From: an uncultured Gammaproteobacteria bacterium
GTDB taxonomy: Bacteria; Patescibacteriota; Patescibacteriia; UBA9934
Assembly: GCA_964582615.1 (NCBI GenBank)
Contig: CAZORP010000004.1
Coordinates: 1,900-65,899 of the forward strand
Length of the DNA: 64,000 nt
Reading direction: 5' to 3'
Shown here: positions 55,550-64,000 of the stretch, piece after piece
Layout of the letters: every line of letters starts with the position of its first letter
Numbering within the stretch: the stretch's first letter is position 1
The notes under the pieces: generated by a model
What the model saw: only the letters and a program-made list of their open reading frames with translations
The model's database searches: none
What the model was told of the DNA's origin: nothing
Translations under genes and position numbers: made by a program

Positions 55550-56956
55550 ATGAACTTTCTCTCAACGTTTTCATCGGTTCACCTTGTGGGTATTGGCGGT
55601 ATTGGAGTTTCTGGCGTTGCTCGTTTTTGCAAGCTTCATGATAAACGTGTAAGCGGATCTGATATGACGCAGACAGCGCTGACTGATGCTTTGGAACGCG
55701 AGGGTATGGTGGTGCATATTGGCCCATCTCAGGCTTCGTGGCTTCCGGAAGACTGTGACCTTCTGGTGTATTCAGAGGCGGTTCCTGAATCTGCTCCTGA
55801 GCGACAAGAGGCTCTAAGAAGAGGCATTCGTCAGTTTGGACATTTTGGTTTCATGGGAGAGCTTTCCTCGGACTACACAACGGTTTGTATTTCTGGAACA
55901 AACGGCAAGTCAACGACGACGGCTATGGTTGGACAAATGGCAATTGATGCCGGTCTTTCTCCAACAGTTTTTGTTGGATCGCTTGTGCCTGGATGGGAGT
56001 ATGGAAATGTTATTGTAGGAACAAGTAATCTTCTTATTGTTGAGGGGGATGAATATAAGCGAAAAATGCTTCAGTTGAAGCCTCAGATAACATTGATCAC
56101 CAATGTTGAAGTTGATCACCTTGATGTTTACAAGGATCTTGAAGATATCGAGCACGCATTTCATAAACTTTGTGAGCAGACCACGGGGAGCATCTTTCTT
56201 CGTCGTGAAGAGATTGAGCGTGGAATTGTTTGTGGCCATGAATCTGCTGATGTTCAAACGTTTGGCGACGCACTGCAAACCGGCATTCGGACATCGTCCT
56301 CGGGCATTCAAGAGCTTATCCTTCGCGAACGCATCATCCCTTATCTTCCGATTTTTAAAAAAACCGGACGGGTTTCTTTGCGTATTCCGGGAGAGTTTAA
56401 CATGATGAATGCGCTTGGGGCGTTAGCGGTTGGCGAAGCGCTTGGCATATCGTTTGCTTCAATGCAAAAAACTCTCGAAGATTTTCCGGGAATTTGGCGA
56501 AGATTTGAGCGTGTCGGTGAGCGTGATGGTGCAATTATCTACAGTGATTACGCGCATCATCCAACGGCGATTCGCGGAACACTACAGGCCGCTCGTGAAT
56601 TTTTTCCCGACAAGCGAATTCTTGCAGTTTTTCAGCCACACCAGCACAGCAGAACTCGCGAACTCTTCAATGACTTTGTTGCGGCTTTTGATGGTGCGGA
56701 TGAGGTTATTCTTTCTGAGATCTACGGAGTAGCAGGAAGGGAACAAGATGGATCGCCGGTTTCGAGTGAGGATCTTTGTGAAGCTATGCGCCGTCGCGAA
56801 GTAGCGCGTGGTCGCGGAGTTGAGATGACTCGGGTTTGGTGCAAAACACTCGATGAGACAGAGTCTGAAGTACGTCGTCGCATGCATGCCTCCACGGTGG
56901 TACTAGTTATGGGTGCGGGAAATATTGACACCGTGGCTCGTCGTCTTGTTTTGTAA
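55550..56956 (+). CDS. murC: UDP-N-acetylmuramate--L-alanine ligase
   Basis: VHLVGIGGIGVSGVA, ISGTNGKSTTT, DEYKRK. Confidence 0.8.
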   Translation: MNFLSTFSSVHLVGIGGIGVSGVARFCKLHDKRVSGSDMTQTALTDALEREGMVVHIGPSQASWLPEDCDLLVYSEAVPESAPERQEALRRGIRQFGHFGFMGELSSDYTTVCISGTNGKSTTTAMVGQMAIDAGLSPTVFVGSLVPGWEYGNVIVGTSNLLIVEGDEYKRKMLQLKPQITLITNVEVDHLDVYKDLEDIEHAFHKLCEQTTGSIFLRREEIERGIVCGHESADVQTFGDALQTGIRTSSSGIQELILRERIIPYLPIFKKTGRVSLRIPGEFNMMNALGALAVGEALGISFASMQKTLEDFPGIWRRFERVGERDGAIIYSDYAHHPTAIRGTLQAAREFFPDKRILAVFQPHQHSRTRELFNDFVAAFDGADEVILSEIYGVAGREQDGSPVSSEDLCEAMRRREVARGRGVEMTRVWCKTLDETESEVRRRMHASTVVLVMGAGNIDTVARRLVL

Positions 56957-56958
56957 GT

Positions 56959-57684
56959 ATGGCAATACTGCCCGTGGTTAAGTGCAAGGGCGAGACTCCA
57001 TACGAGACGCTTCAGAGGAATGTTCCTTCTGGAACTCTAGCAACATACATCGGGCGACTTGATCCACTCGCGGATGGCGTCATGCTCCTCGCGACAGATG
57101 AAGATCGCTACAATAAGGCTTTGTACCAACATCTTAAAAAGACGTATCGCGCTACGTTTCTTCTGGGATATGCTTCAGATACGGGGGATGTTTTGGGAAT
57201 TGCTCGTCGGGGCGCCTCTCCGGATATTACCACTTCAACAGAGACGTGCTTAATGGAGGGACTTCGAGGTCGACACCTGCTTTCTCTGCCGCGCTACGCT
57301 GGATATAAGGTACAGGGAGATCCTTTGCACGTGTGGGCAAGGAGGGGAGAGGCGTTGCCCTACGGTATTGCTCGAGTCATGGAGGTTGAAAGCGTGTTTG
57401 ATGTTGTGTACGAGCGACGTTCTCAGGCTTTGGTTTACGATGAGATTCTTTCCTCAATTTCCCTTGTGCGAGGAGATTTTCGACAACGAGAGAGTATAAA
57501 AACCTGGGAGAGCATGATGGATTACTCGTCAAACGCTGAGGACGTTGTGATGATTACATGTTCGTTACTGGTGACTTCAGGAACGTTCATTCGTGCTCTT
57601 GCAGAAGTTGTTGGTGATATTTTTTCTACTGAAGCGGTTGTTTTTTCGCTTACACGAACGCGGATGGGGGAGTTTTCTTTGTGA
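56959..57684 (+). CDS. truB: tRNA pseudouridine(55) synthase, without PUA domain
   Basis: GRLDPLADGVMLLA with catalytic Asp; KTYRATFLLGYASDTGDVLG. Confidence 0.7.
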   Translation: MAILPVVKCKGETPYETLQRNVPSGTLATYIGRLDPLADGVMLLATDEDRYNKALYQHLKKTYRATFLLGYASDTGDVLGIARRGASPDITTSTETCLMEGLRGRHLLSLPRYAGYKVQGDPLHVWARRGEALPYGIARVMEVESVFDVVYERRSQALVYDEILSSISLVRGDFRQRESIKTWESMMDYSSNAEDVVMITCSLLVTSGTFIRALAEVVGDIFSTEAVVFSLTRTRMGEFSL

Positions 57685-57744
57685 TTTGTCTTTTTCCCTG
57701 AAGTGAGGCACACTTTTCTTCGATTATCTTTATTTGGCTAAGGT

Positions 57745-60405
57745 ATGGGTTTTCTTCCTTCATGGCTTTTTGATGCACAGGCAAAGAGGATTCGCGCACT
57801 CGAAAAAGAAGTTGCGAATATCGCAGCTCAAGAGCCTGCGCTTCTTGAACTTACCGATGATGCGCTTCGTGAAAAAACAGCGGAGTTTCGCAATCGTCTT
57901 GCTGAGGGGGCTTCGCTTGCATCGATTCTTCCTGAAGCATTCGCCGTGTGTCGCGAGGCCGCTCGCAGAACGCTTGGTCAGCGTCATTACGACGTGCAGA
58001 TCATGGGAGGACTTGTTCTTCATCAGGGTGGCATTGCTGAAATGCGTACTGGTGAAGGAAAGACGCTTACGGCAACCACGGCTATTTATGCTAACGCATT
58101 GGAGGGAAAGGGCGTTCATGTTGTTACGGTAAACGATTATCTTGCCAAGCGTGATGCCGCATGGATGGGGCGTGTTTTTCATACCCTTGGTCTTTCCACG
58201 GGATGTATTCAGCATGAAGGAGGATACGTCTTTGATAAAGACTTCCGAGCACCAGAGCAAACACAAGAAGAAAAGGCTTCCGAGGCAGAAAAGAGCGGAT
58301 TTAAAGTTCACATGGATTTCTTGCGTCCGGTATCTCGCAAGGACGCTTACGCTGCGGATATTACTTACGGAACCAACAATGAGTTTGGATTTGACTATCT
58401 TCGAGATAACATGGCGCAGAAGCCAGATATGCTCGTTCAGCGTGGATTGCATTTTGCAATTGTTGACGAAGTTGACTCGATCCTTATTGACGAAGCTCGA
58501 ACGCCGCTTATCATTTCAGCTCCCGCCGAGGAATCCTCTCAGACGTATTATCGCTTTGCAGATATTGTAAAAAATCTTGTTGTAAATGAAGATTTCAACA
58601 TTGATGAAAAGCTCAAAACGGCAACGTATACCGAGCAAGGCTTGCAAAAAGTAGAGGCAGCTCTTGGTGTTGAAAATATTTACGCATCAGGATTGGCAAA
58701 TATTCATCATGCCGAGCAGGCTCTTCGTGCGCATGCACTTTTTACGAAAGATAAAGAATACGTTGTTCGAGGTACGGAGGTTGTCATTGTTGATGAATTC
58801 ACAGGAAGAATTATGGAGGGTCGTCGATATTCCGACGGCCTTCATCAGGCGATTGAAGCAAAAGAGCAGGTTCCTATTCAGCGTGAAAGTAAAACGCTTG
58901 CAACGATTACTTTCCAAAATTATTTCCGTCTTTATACAAAACTTGCCGGAATGACAGGAACTGCGGCGACTGAGGCTGAAGAATTTGCAAAGATCTATAA
59001 TCTCGAAGTATTGCAAATACCAACGCACCGAGGAAATAAGCGTACCGATGCTCCTGATCATATTTTTAAGAATGAGCAGGGAAAGTGGATGGCGCTTATT
59101 CGCGAGGTAAAGGCGCGTCACGAGAAGGGCCAACCTGTACTCATTGGAACGGTTTCCATTGAGAAAAACCAACTTCTTTCTCGGGCACTTTCTGCGGCAG
59201 GAGTTCCTCATCAAATTCTCAACGCAAAAAATCACGAAAAAGAAGCTGAGATTATCGCTCAAGCTGGAAAGAGGGGGGCTGTTACACTTGCTACAAACAT
59301 GGCGGGTCGTGGAGTTGACATTCTCCTTGGAGGAAACCCTCAGGACGCAAAAGAAGCCGAAGAAATTCGGGCATTAGGAGGGCTTTGTGTGTTTGGAACT
59401 GAACGTCATGAAAGTCGTCGCATTGATAATCAGTTGCGAGGACGTGCTGGACGTCAGGGCGATGTTGGTTACACGCAATTCTTTGTATCGCTTGATGACG
59501 ATTTGATGCGTATTTTTGGATCGGATCGCATTCAGGGAATGATGCAAACGCTTGGCATACCGGATGATGAACCCATTGTAAGTAAAATGGTGACGAGAGC
59601 TTTGGAAAAGGCTCAACAGCGTGTTGAAGGTCATCACTTTGATACACGTAAGCATGTCTTGCAATATGATGACGTGTTAAACAAGCACCGTCTTGCGATT
59701 TACGCGGAACGCCGAGCGCTCCTTTTTGACGAGCATGCACACGCTCATGAGGAGGTTCTTCGTATGATTGAAGACGAGCTTGAACGCGTTGTTCATGCGC
59801 ATACGGTAATTCCTGAAGATATTCACACTACGCAACAAGATTGGAATCCTCGCGAACTTCTTGAGGTATTTGGAACAATCATCACTCTTTCTGAGGATGA
59901 AAAGGCTCGTCTTGCCGCGCATCTTCCTGAACTTTCTCGCGATAAAGAGGTTCTTCTTCGCGCGAGAACTGCTATTATTGATGATGTACTTTCTGCGGTT
60001 CGAGAACGCTTTGCGACGTATGCTGAAAAGCTTGGGGGCAATGAAAAGATGTATCGCCTCGAGCGATCGCTTATGCTTCGTGCGAGCGATGGCGCTTGGA
60101 TGCGGCATCTTGATGACATGACCTATCTTCGCAGAACTATTGGTCTTCAAGGGTATGCACAGCGCGATCCTCTTGTTGAATATAAAAAGGAAGCATTTCG
60201 ACTCTTTGCACTTCTACGTGAAGAAAGTAAGCGTGAGGTTGTATATAACATCATGAAAATGCTTCATGAGGCTTCTGCGGCGCAGGCATTTATCGCTTCG
60301 GTTCCTGACTTTATTAAACAAGCAGGTGAGCTTTTTGGGGGAATTAACGGTACGTCTTCACAAAAGCCCCCCGAGGATTCCTCCTCCTCAACGACCAGTG
60401 CATAA
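57745..60405 (+). CDS. secA: preprotein translocase ATPase SecA
   Basis: DVQIMGGLVLHQGGIAEMRTGEGKTL, DEVDSILIDEARTPLIIS, GTERHESRRIDNQLRGRAGRQGD. Confidence 0.9.
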   Translation: MGFLPSWLFDAQAKRIRALEKEVANIAAQEPALLELTDDALREKTAEFRNRLAEGASLASILPEAFAVCREAARRTLGQRHYDVQIMGGLVLHQGGIAEMRTGEGKTLTATTAIYANALEGKGVHVVTVNDYLAKRDAAWMGRVFHTLGLSTGCIQHEGGYVFDKDFRAPEQTQEEKASEAEKSGFKVHMDFLRPVSRKDAYAADITYGTNNEFGFDYLRDNMAQKPDMLVQRGLHFAIVDEVDSILIDEARTPLIISAPAEESSQTYYRFADIVKNLVVNEDFNIDEKLKTATYTEQGLQKVEAALGVENIYASGLANIHHAEQALRAHALFTKDKEYVVRGTEVVIVDEFTGRIMEGRRYSDGLHQAIEAKEQVPIQRESKTLATITFQNYFRLYTKLAGMTGTAATEAEEFAKIYNLEVLQIPTHRGNKRTDAPDHIFKNEQGKWMALIREVKARHEKGQPVLIGTVSIEKNQLLSRALSAAGVPHQILNAKNHEKEAEIIAQAGKRGAVTLATNMAGRGVDILLGGNPQDAKEAEEIRALGGLCVFGTERHESRRIDNQLRGRAGRQGDVGYTQFFVSLDDDLMRIFGSDRIQGMMQTLGIPDDEPIVSKMVTRALEKAQQRVEGHHFDTRKHVLQYDDVLNKHRLAIYAERRALLFDEHAHAHEEVLRMIEDELERVVHAHTVIPEDIHTTQQDWNPRELLEVFGTIITLSEDEKARLAAHLPELSRDKEVLLRARTAIIDDVLSAVRERFATYAEKLGGNEKMYRLERSLMLRASDGAWMRHLDDMTYLRRTIGLQGYAQRDPLVEYKKEAFRLFALLREESKREVVYNIMKMLHEASAAQAFIASVPDFIKQAGELFGGINGTSSQKPPEDSSSSTTSA

Positions 60406-60436
60406 CTTTTGAAGATTCGCTATACTCTTTCCACCT

Positions 60437-60784
60437 ATGCAATCTCTCGCCGATATCTACCAGCGCCTTGTCATGACCAAGCGTCAGCGCAAGGATCTCA
60501 TGACCTCATTTAAAGATGCACTTGCAAGCAATGCTCGTTATAAAGAAATTACCGATCAGATTGCTGAACTTCGTTTGCAGAAGAAGGCCATCGAAAACGA
60601 GGTTCTCTCTGTTGAAATCGACAAGGCTCGTCTTGAGGAACTTAAGCAAGATATTAAAACTGACACAGAAGCCTTGGCTGATATTGCGCTTACAATGTAC
60701 GTTTCCGGGGAGCCTGTGGAAATCACTGATGATACCAATACGAAATGGTCGCCAGTCTTCCGGGTTACCTTCAAGAAAGGCTAA
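60437..60784 (+). CDS. hypothetical coiled-coil protein (115 aa)
   Basis: ORF with its own terminator; no motif recognised. Confidence 0.35.
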   Translation: MQSLADIYQRLVMTKRQRKDLMTSFKDALASNARYKEITDQIAELRLQKKAIENEVLSVEIDKARLEELKQDIKTDTEALADIALTMYVSGEPVEITDDTNTKWSPVFRVTFKKG

Positions 60785-60810
60785 TATTCGCACTTTTCCC
60801 CTCTTTTGCA

Positions 60811-60840
60811 AAAACACCCTTTCCATAAGGGTGTTTTTCT
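60811..60840 (+). terminator. rho-independent terminator
   Basis: aaaacaccc-tttccata-agggtgttttt. Confidence 0.7.
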
Positions 60841-60861
60841 GTAAGAATACTCCGCAAATCT

Positions 60862-62895
60862 ATGACTACGTACGATACACGTCGTGCTCAGCAACGATCA
60901 GCGTTGCGTTGGGCGCTGGGTGCAATCACCCTTCTTTCGCTTGGATTGTTTATTGGTGTCTTTCCGCAAGTTTACAACATGGGCGCTACTCGTCTTGAAA
61001 CTGTCGTGGGTAAGGACATACTTCCCGAGCTTTCTCCCGCGACGTATCGTTTAGGCCTCGATCTTCAAGGGGGAGTTCATGTGACGTATGACGCCGACAT
61101 GACAAGTATTCCAGAAGAAGATCGCTCCGCCGCACTTGAAGGTGCTCGTGATGTTATTGAGCGTCGCGTGAATGCTTTTGGTGTTAGCGAGCCTATCGTT
61201 CAGACGTCTTCAACAAGTGGATATCGAATCATGGTCGATCTTCCCGGTGTAACAGATGCACAAGAGGCAATTGCACAAATTGGTGAAACTCCAGTTTTGG
61301 AATTTAAGCTTCCTCGCACGGATTTTTCTCTTGAACCAACGCAAGAAGAGCAGGCGAGCATCGATGCCGCTCAAGAGTCCGAGCGTTCTGCGGCACTTGA
61401 TGTTCTTGAGCAAGCCAAGAAACGGGGGGCGGATTTTTCTGCGCTCGTAGCTCAATACTCTCTTGATGAGGCGACGAAGGCCGAAAATGGTTACCTCGGA
61501 TTTTTTGATTCTTCCGACGAAGAGTACGGTGGATTGGTTGACCGTATTGTAAAAGATCGCCTAAAGACAGGAGTTATTGATGGTCTTTATGAGGGGACTT
61601 CACGCATGCATATCGTGAAATATCTTGGCACGAAATCTGAAACCGAAGCGCATGCTTCGCATATCCTCATTTGTTATGCTGGAGCTAAGGGATGTGAAGG
61701 AACGTTGACTCGTGATGAGGCTCGTGCGAAAGCTGAAGAGCTTCAGGGAAAGGCAACGAAAGAGAACTTTGCACAGCTCGCGCTTGAAAATTCAACAGAG
61801 CCAAGCGCGAAGACGTCGAAGGGTGATCTTGGCTGGGTGAGGGAGGGCCAAATGGTTGCACCTTTTGAGGATGCGCTCTTCGCGCTTCGTAATGGTCGAA
61901 TTTCAAATGTTGTTGAAACCGATTTTGGCTTTCATATTATTTATCGACAGGAAAGTCGAAAAACCACACTTTACGAGCTTGCGCACATTGAGATGCCCTG
62001 GACAACGGCATCGGATGTCGTAAAGATTGATCCTTGGCAAAATACCGAGTTATCAGGAAAGCATATCGCTCAAGCGGCAGTTGCTTTCGATCAAACCACG
62101 GGAAAGCCTTATATTGATTTGCAGTTCAATGACGATGGGGCGAAGTTATTCGCGCAAATCACCGAAGCGAATATTGGTAAGGTTGTGGGAATATTCCTCG
62201 ATGGTCAGCCTATTACTACCCCTGTCGTGCAAGATGCTATTTACGGAGGACGCGCAAGTATTTCGGGAGATTTTACGCTCGCGGAAGCAAAGCTTCTTGC
62301 TCAGCGTCTTACCGCTGGTGCGCTTCCTGTTCCCGTGACGCTACTTTCTCAACAGACGATTGGTCCAACGCTTGGACTCATTTCTCTTGAGCAAAGTGTT
62401 CGTGCAGGACTTCTTGGCTTCGCGCTTATCGCACTCTTCATGGTGCTTTACTACCGCTTGCCAGGATTTATTGCCGCGGTTGCGCTGGTTATTTACGCAG
62501 GCATGAACCTTGCGGCATATCGTGTGTTTGGAGTGACAACAACGCTTTCTGGAATTGCTGGACTTGTTCTCTCGCTTGGAGTTGCGGTTGACGCAAACGT
62601 GCTCGTGTATGAGCGTCTCAAGGAGGAGCTTCGCGCTGGTCGTGATCTTGTTTCTGCTATTGAAGAGGCATATCGTCGTGCATGGCCATCCATTCGTGAC
62701 GGAAACTTTACAACGCTTATTGCAACGGGTGTGTTATATGCAATGAGCACCGGATTCATTCGTGGATTTGCACTTACACTGACGCTCGGAATTCTATTCT
62801 CCATGTTTACAGCTCTTTGGATTACGCGCATGATGCTCCTTTCACTTGCTCGCTTCTCGTTCCTTCGCAAGAAAATCTTCTTCCTTGGCTTGTAA
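60862..62895 (+). CDS. secD: protein translocase subunit SecD carrying a tandem parvulin (PpiC-type PPIase) insertion in its periplasmic domain
   Basis: SecD N-terminus (LGLDLQGGVHVTYDAD...RRVNAFGVSEPIVQ); then a partial and a complete parvulin domain (GDLGWVREGQMVAPFEDALFALRNGRISNVVETDFGFHII); then the SecD C-terminal TM bundle (VAVDANVLVYERLKEE). Confidence 0.8.
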   Translation: MTTYDTRRAQQRSALRWALGAITLLSLGLFIGVFPQVYNMGATRLETVVGKDILPELSPATYRLGLDLQGGVHVTYDADMTSIPEEDRSAALEGARDVIERRVNAFGVSEPIVQTSSTSGYRIMVDLPGVTDAQEAIAQIGETPVLEFKLPRTDFSLEPTQEEQASIDAAQESERSAALDVLEQAKKRGADFSALVAQYSLDEATKAENGYLGFFDSSDEEYGGLVDRIVKDRLKTGVIDGLYEGTSRMHIVKYLGTKSETEAHASHILICYAGAKGCEGTLTRDEARAKAEELQGKATKENFAQLALENSTEPSAKTSKGDLGWVREGQMVAPFEDALFALRNGRISNVVETDFGFHIIYRQESRKTTLYELAHIEMPWTTASDVVKIDPWQNTELSGKHIAQAAVAFDQTTGKPYIDLQFNDDGAKLFAQITEANIGKVVGIFLDGQPITTPVVQDAIYGGRASISGDFTLAEAKLLAQRLTAGALPVPVTLLSQQTIGPTLGLISLEQSVRAGLLGFALIALFMVLYYRLPGFIAAVALVIYAGMNLAAYRVFGVTTTLSGIAGLVLSLGVAVDANVLVYERLKEELRAGRDLVSAIEEAYRRAWPSIRDGNFTTLIATGVLYAMSTGFIRGFALTLTLGILFSMFTALWITRMMLLSLARFSFLRKKIFFLGL

Positions 62896-62901
62896 AAATC
62901 T

Positions 62902-63801
62902 ATGACTTCTTTTCATCTCATGCGCTTTCGCTCTCTTTGGATCGCGCTTTCTCTCACGAGCATCGTTCTTTCCTGTGTATCTCTTGGAGTATTTGGTCTT
63001 GAGTACGGAGTAGATTTTACTGGAGGAACTCGAAGCGAGCTTCAGACCACGCTTTCTTCGGATGAGATTCGTGAAACAGTTTCGAGTCTTGGATACGATG
63101 ATGTTGTTGTGCAAAATGGTGAGGGCGATCAGCGATTTGTTCGCATGGGTCTTCTTCGTGAGGATGAGCATCAAAAGGTGCTTACCGCCCTTAAGAATCG
63201 TGGTGATGTGTATGAGGTGAGTTACAGTGCAGTTGGACCTTCTGTTGGCGCTGAATTGCGTTCATCAGCAATTGCCGCAGTTGCCATACTTCTTGTGCTT
63301 ATTGCGGTCTATGTTGCGTGGGCGTTCCGTAATGTTGCTGGTGAGGTTTCTTCTTGGAAATTTGGCGTCGTTACGCTTGTTACAGCCTTTCACGACATTA
63401 TTATTCCTCTTGGAGTATTTGCTGTTCTTGGTCGCGTGCTTGGCTATGCCGTCGATACGGCGTTTGTTGCGGCCATTCTTACGATTCTTGGATATTCAAT
63501 CAATGACACGATCGTCGTATTTGATCGCACGCGTGAGCGCCTTCAGCGCGTAAGAAGCTCCGAGCCTTTTGAAGATGTTGTAAATAAGAGTGTCATGGAA
63601 ACGCTCGGTCGATCTATTAACACCACGCTTGCAGTATTGCTTCCGCTATTTGCGATTTTCTTCATAGGGGGAACTTCTACACGTCCTTTTGTTCTCGCGC
63701 TTATCATTGGTGTTGCCGCAGGTGCTTTTTCCTCGATCTTCTTCGCAAGTCCGCTTATCGTTGCGTGGCAGGCATGGTCAGACTCTCGAAGAAAGGCGTA
63801 A
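62902..63801 (+). CDS. secF: protein translocase subunit SecF
   Basis: GVDFTGGT...INDTIVVFDRTRE...TTLAVLLPLF. Confidence 0.85.
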   Translation: MTSFHLMRFRSLWIALSLTSIVLSCVSLGVFGLEYGVDFTGGTRSELQTTLSSDEIRETVSSLGYDDVVVQNGEGDQRFVRMGLLREDEHQKVLTALKNRGDVYEVSYSAVGPSVGAELRSSAIAAVAILLVLIAVYVAWAFRNVAGEVSSWKFGVVTLVTAFHDIIIPLGVFAVLGRVLGYAVDTAFVAAILTILGYSINDTIVVFDRTRERLQRVRSSEPFEDVVNKSVMETLGRSINTTLAVLLPLFAIFFIGGTSTRPFVLALIIGVAAGAFSSIFFASPLIVAWQAWSDSRRKA

Positions 63802-63852
63802 GCTTTTTCGCACAGTGCGCACTCGTGTAACGTGGTATGCTATAGAGAGTAT

Positions 63853-64000
63853 ATGCTTGGCATTATCATCACCCTTCCCCCGATTCTTGAGCGCGTACTT
63901 TTTGGCATGCCGCCAGATGTTCTCGCGGCATACATTCTTCTCTTTATTGCGCCAATCCCCATTTTGTGTGTTATCACGTGGGGATTTTCGCATTTGTGGC
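63853..64000 (+). CDS. partial membrane protein (3'-truncated by window edge)
   Basis: ATG at 63853, hydrophobic translation MLGIIITLPPILERVLFGMPPDVLAAYILLFIAPIPILCV; open to the window end. Confidence 0.3.
   Translation, partial: MLGIIITLPPILERVLFGMPPDVLAAYILLFIAPIPILCVITWGFSHLW

Noticed and set aside
57760-58452. 230-aa minus-strand ORF inside secA; also 55910-56311 inside murC and 59677-60150 inside secA
   Set aside because: Antisense ORFs within strongly supported genes.
1-64000. CRISPR array or rRNA genes
   Set aside because: No regularly spaced direct repeats with unique spacers and no rRNA-like conserved stretches were seen. The only tandem repeat is the 9-nt coding repeat at 36112-36152.

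Overview
This 64-kb window appears to come from a compact, moderately AT-rich bacterial genome. The gene content is Patescibacteria/CPR-like: many membrane-anchored fusion proteins and reliance on salvage enzymes. This lineage call is an inference.

Layout:
(i) 0–15.8 kb holds accessory metabolism and stress genes: murI, a histidine-kinase/OmpR pair, a nitroreductase, a GFA protein, a csoR-copA copper module with an HMA–membrane fusion and a cupredoxin-like protein, then NUDIX, VOC, an APH-type kinase, a SAM methyltransferase, a GNAT and a family-II pyrophosphatase.
(ii) 15.9–30.2 kb is a compositionally mosaic region anchored on an intact tRNA-Trp(CCA) at 30128-30201 on the minus strand. Four related intergenic repeat elements, R1–R4, interrupt it. 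Each carries a palindromic terminator hairpin plus fragments resembling a tRNA 3' end. The region holds AT-rich orphan genes, an N-terminally membrane-anchored KAP P-loop NTPase, a ParB-fused and a stand-alone beta-class DNA methyltransferase, a TerS-like HTH protein, a DUF4352-like protein, a large serine recombinase, and a hisS / LOG-like / GC-rich PRTase block.
(iii) 30.2–64 kb is core housekeeping: SPFH, htrA, hup, LCP, rpmB, trmH-family, tgt, a membrane-anchored Clp ATPase, mraY/wecA-family, rplU, recR, ybaB, dnaB, folD, glyA, murB, hpf, murC, truB, secA and secDF.

The most unusual items:
- the tRNA-Trp-anchored mosaic island with nested att-like remnants;
- a ~570-nt GC-rich promoter-to-terminator unit at 6.7–7.3 kb with no credible protein, which may be a structured RNA;
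- SecD carrying a tandem parvulin insertion;
- the membrane-anchored KAP NTPase next to the duplicated methyltransferases.

No CRISPR array and no rRNA were seen.
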